A stretch of 24,000 bases of DNA from Jeotgalibacillus malaysiensis (lineage in GTDB: Bacteria > Bacillota > Bacilli > Bacillales > Jeotgalibacillaceae), in the NCBI RefSeq assembly GCF_044789845.1, contig NZ_CP085252.1, positions 224,684-248,683 of the forward strand. The letters are read 5' to 3'. The translations under genes were made by a program, and so were the position numbers. Under the pieces are notes generated by a model. That model did not search any database. It was not told the DNA's origin and worked only from the letters and a program-made list of their open reading frames with translations. Positions 23,387 to 24,000 of this stretch are shown in pieces; position 1 is the first letter of the stretch, and the number at the start of each line of letters is the position of its first letter.

Positions 23387-23531
23387 CTCTCTGTCTTGAA
23401 CACTATCCTGACAATACAAGTCAATCGCATAAGTGAAAGTTAGAATTAAGTGAATAAAGCAACTCTGTATATGCTATTTCAAATAGATATTTTCAGATGT
23501 AAATATTCATCAACGTGTTCATAACAGGGAG
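23387..23531 (+). repeat. MITE-like repeat, type 1, copy C (145 bp, most diverged)
   Basis: It aligns end to end with copies A and B (...CTGACAATACAAGTCAAT...TAAATATTCAT...ACAGGGAG). Its TIRs are degenerate (CTCTCTGTCTT / ATAACAGGGAG). Confidence 0.7.
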
Positions 23532-23670
23532 TTTTAAAAAAATTGCACTGCCTTACTCCTTTTAGATTTTTATCTGAAGGGGGCATTTCGTTATAAAAGG
23601 ACTTACTTCATTAAGTAGTTATGTGTAGACTGAATTTATAGTAATAATTTACATGATAGATGAAGGAGAT

Positions 23671-24000
23671 ATGATTGGATATTGTGGATTAATTTTTGGT
23701 CGTTTTAATTGCGGTCCCAGAACCAGCCGTGAGATGGTAAAGGAATTGAAGGAACTTCTTATTGCAGCTGAAATTAAACCTCCCTATATTTTAGTAGGTC
23801 ATTCATTCGGTGGAGTGAATATGCGAATGTTTGCAACTGAATATCAAAATGAGGTCTGTGGACTTGTCCTGGTTGACTCTACACCTGAAGATTATAGAGA
23901 AAGATTTCTCCCGACGATGTCACAGGAGTTTCAACAGGCGTACAACAAACAATTCGTCTATGAAGGCAATTATGTTGAATTCATGGAAAGCCTAAAGCAG
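23671..24000 (+). pseudogene. Alpha/beta-hydrolase gene, apparently 5'-truncated, running off the right edge
   Basis: The frame is open from 23671 to the window end. It reads ...PRTSREMVKELKELLIAAEIKPPYILVGHSFGGVNMRMFATEYQNEVCGLVLVDSTPED, with the nucleophile elbow GHSFGG. About 60-70 N-terminal residues normally preceding this region are missing, and the ATG lies only 2 nt after AGGAG. Confidence 0.5.

Overview
Low-GC, Bacillaceae-like accessory DNA (sigma-A type promoters, GGAGG ribosome-binding sites, spore-germination genes), probably a plasmid or genomic island. No rRNA, tRNA or CRISPR array seen. All family names come from motif reading and recall, not from searches. Left to right: (1) nt 1-5575 is the right-hand part of a Tn3-family transposon carrying cadA (partial) and cadC, a res region, a serine resolvase, a frameshifted tnpA and a Tn4430-like terminal inverted repeat. 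(2) nt 5.6-11.1 kb is a copper-homeostasis island: lipoprotein multicopper oxidase, YdhK/CopL-like DUF1541 lipoprotein, a membrane protein fused to a cupredoxin domain, CopZ, a SHOCT membrane protein and a DsbD/CcdA-like membrane protein. It has no Cu-ATPase and no regulator gene. (3) nt 11.2-14.2 kb is a visibly more AT-rich cassette and my best candidate for an undescribed system. It holds an unrecognisable 407-aa multi-Cys (zinc-ribbon-like) protein convergent with a stand-alone retron-type reverse transcriptase. The RT is preceded by about 300-550 nt of structured non-coding DNA with a retron-like long-range inverted repeat and hairpins, and no co-directional effector gene is present. (4) nt 14.2-18.7 kb is a decayed zone with two related MITE-like repeat families, gene remnants (helicase, ABC-2 permease, others), a compact promoter-to-terminator structured small RNA upstream of a 134-aa ORF, an intact DUF421/YetF-family gene and a DUF6155-like gene. 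(5) nt 18.8-23.1 kb is a gerA-family germinant-receptor operon (A-C-B order) plus a small membrane protein. (6) A further MITE copy and a 5'-truncated alpha/beta-hydrolase gene run off the right edge.
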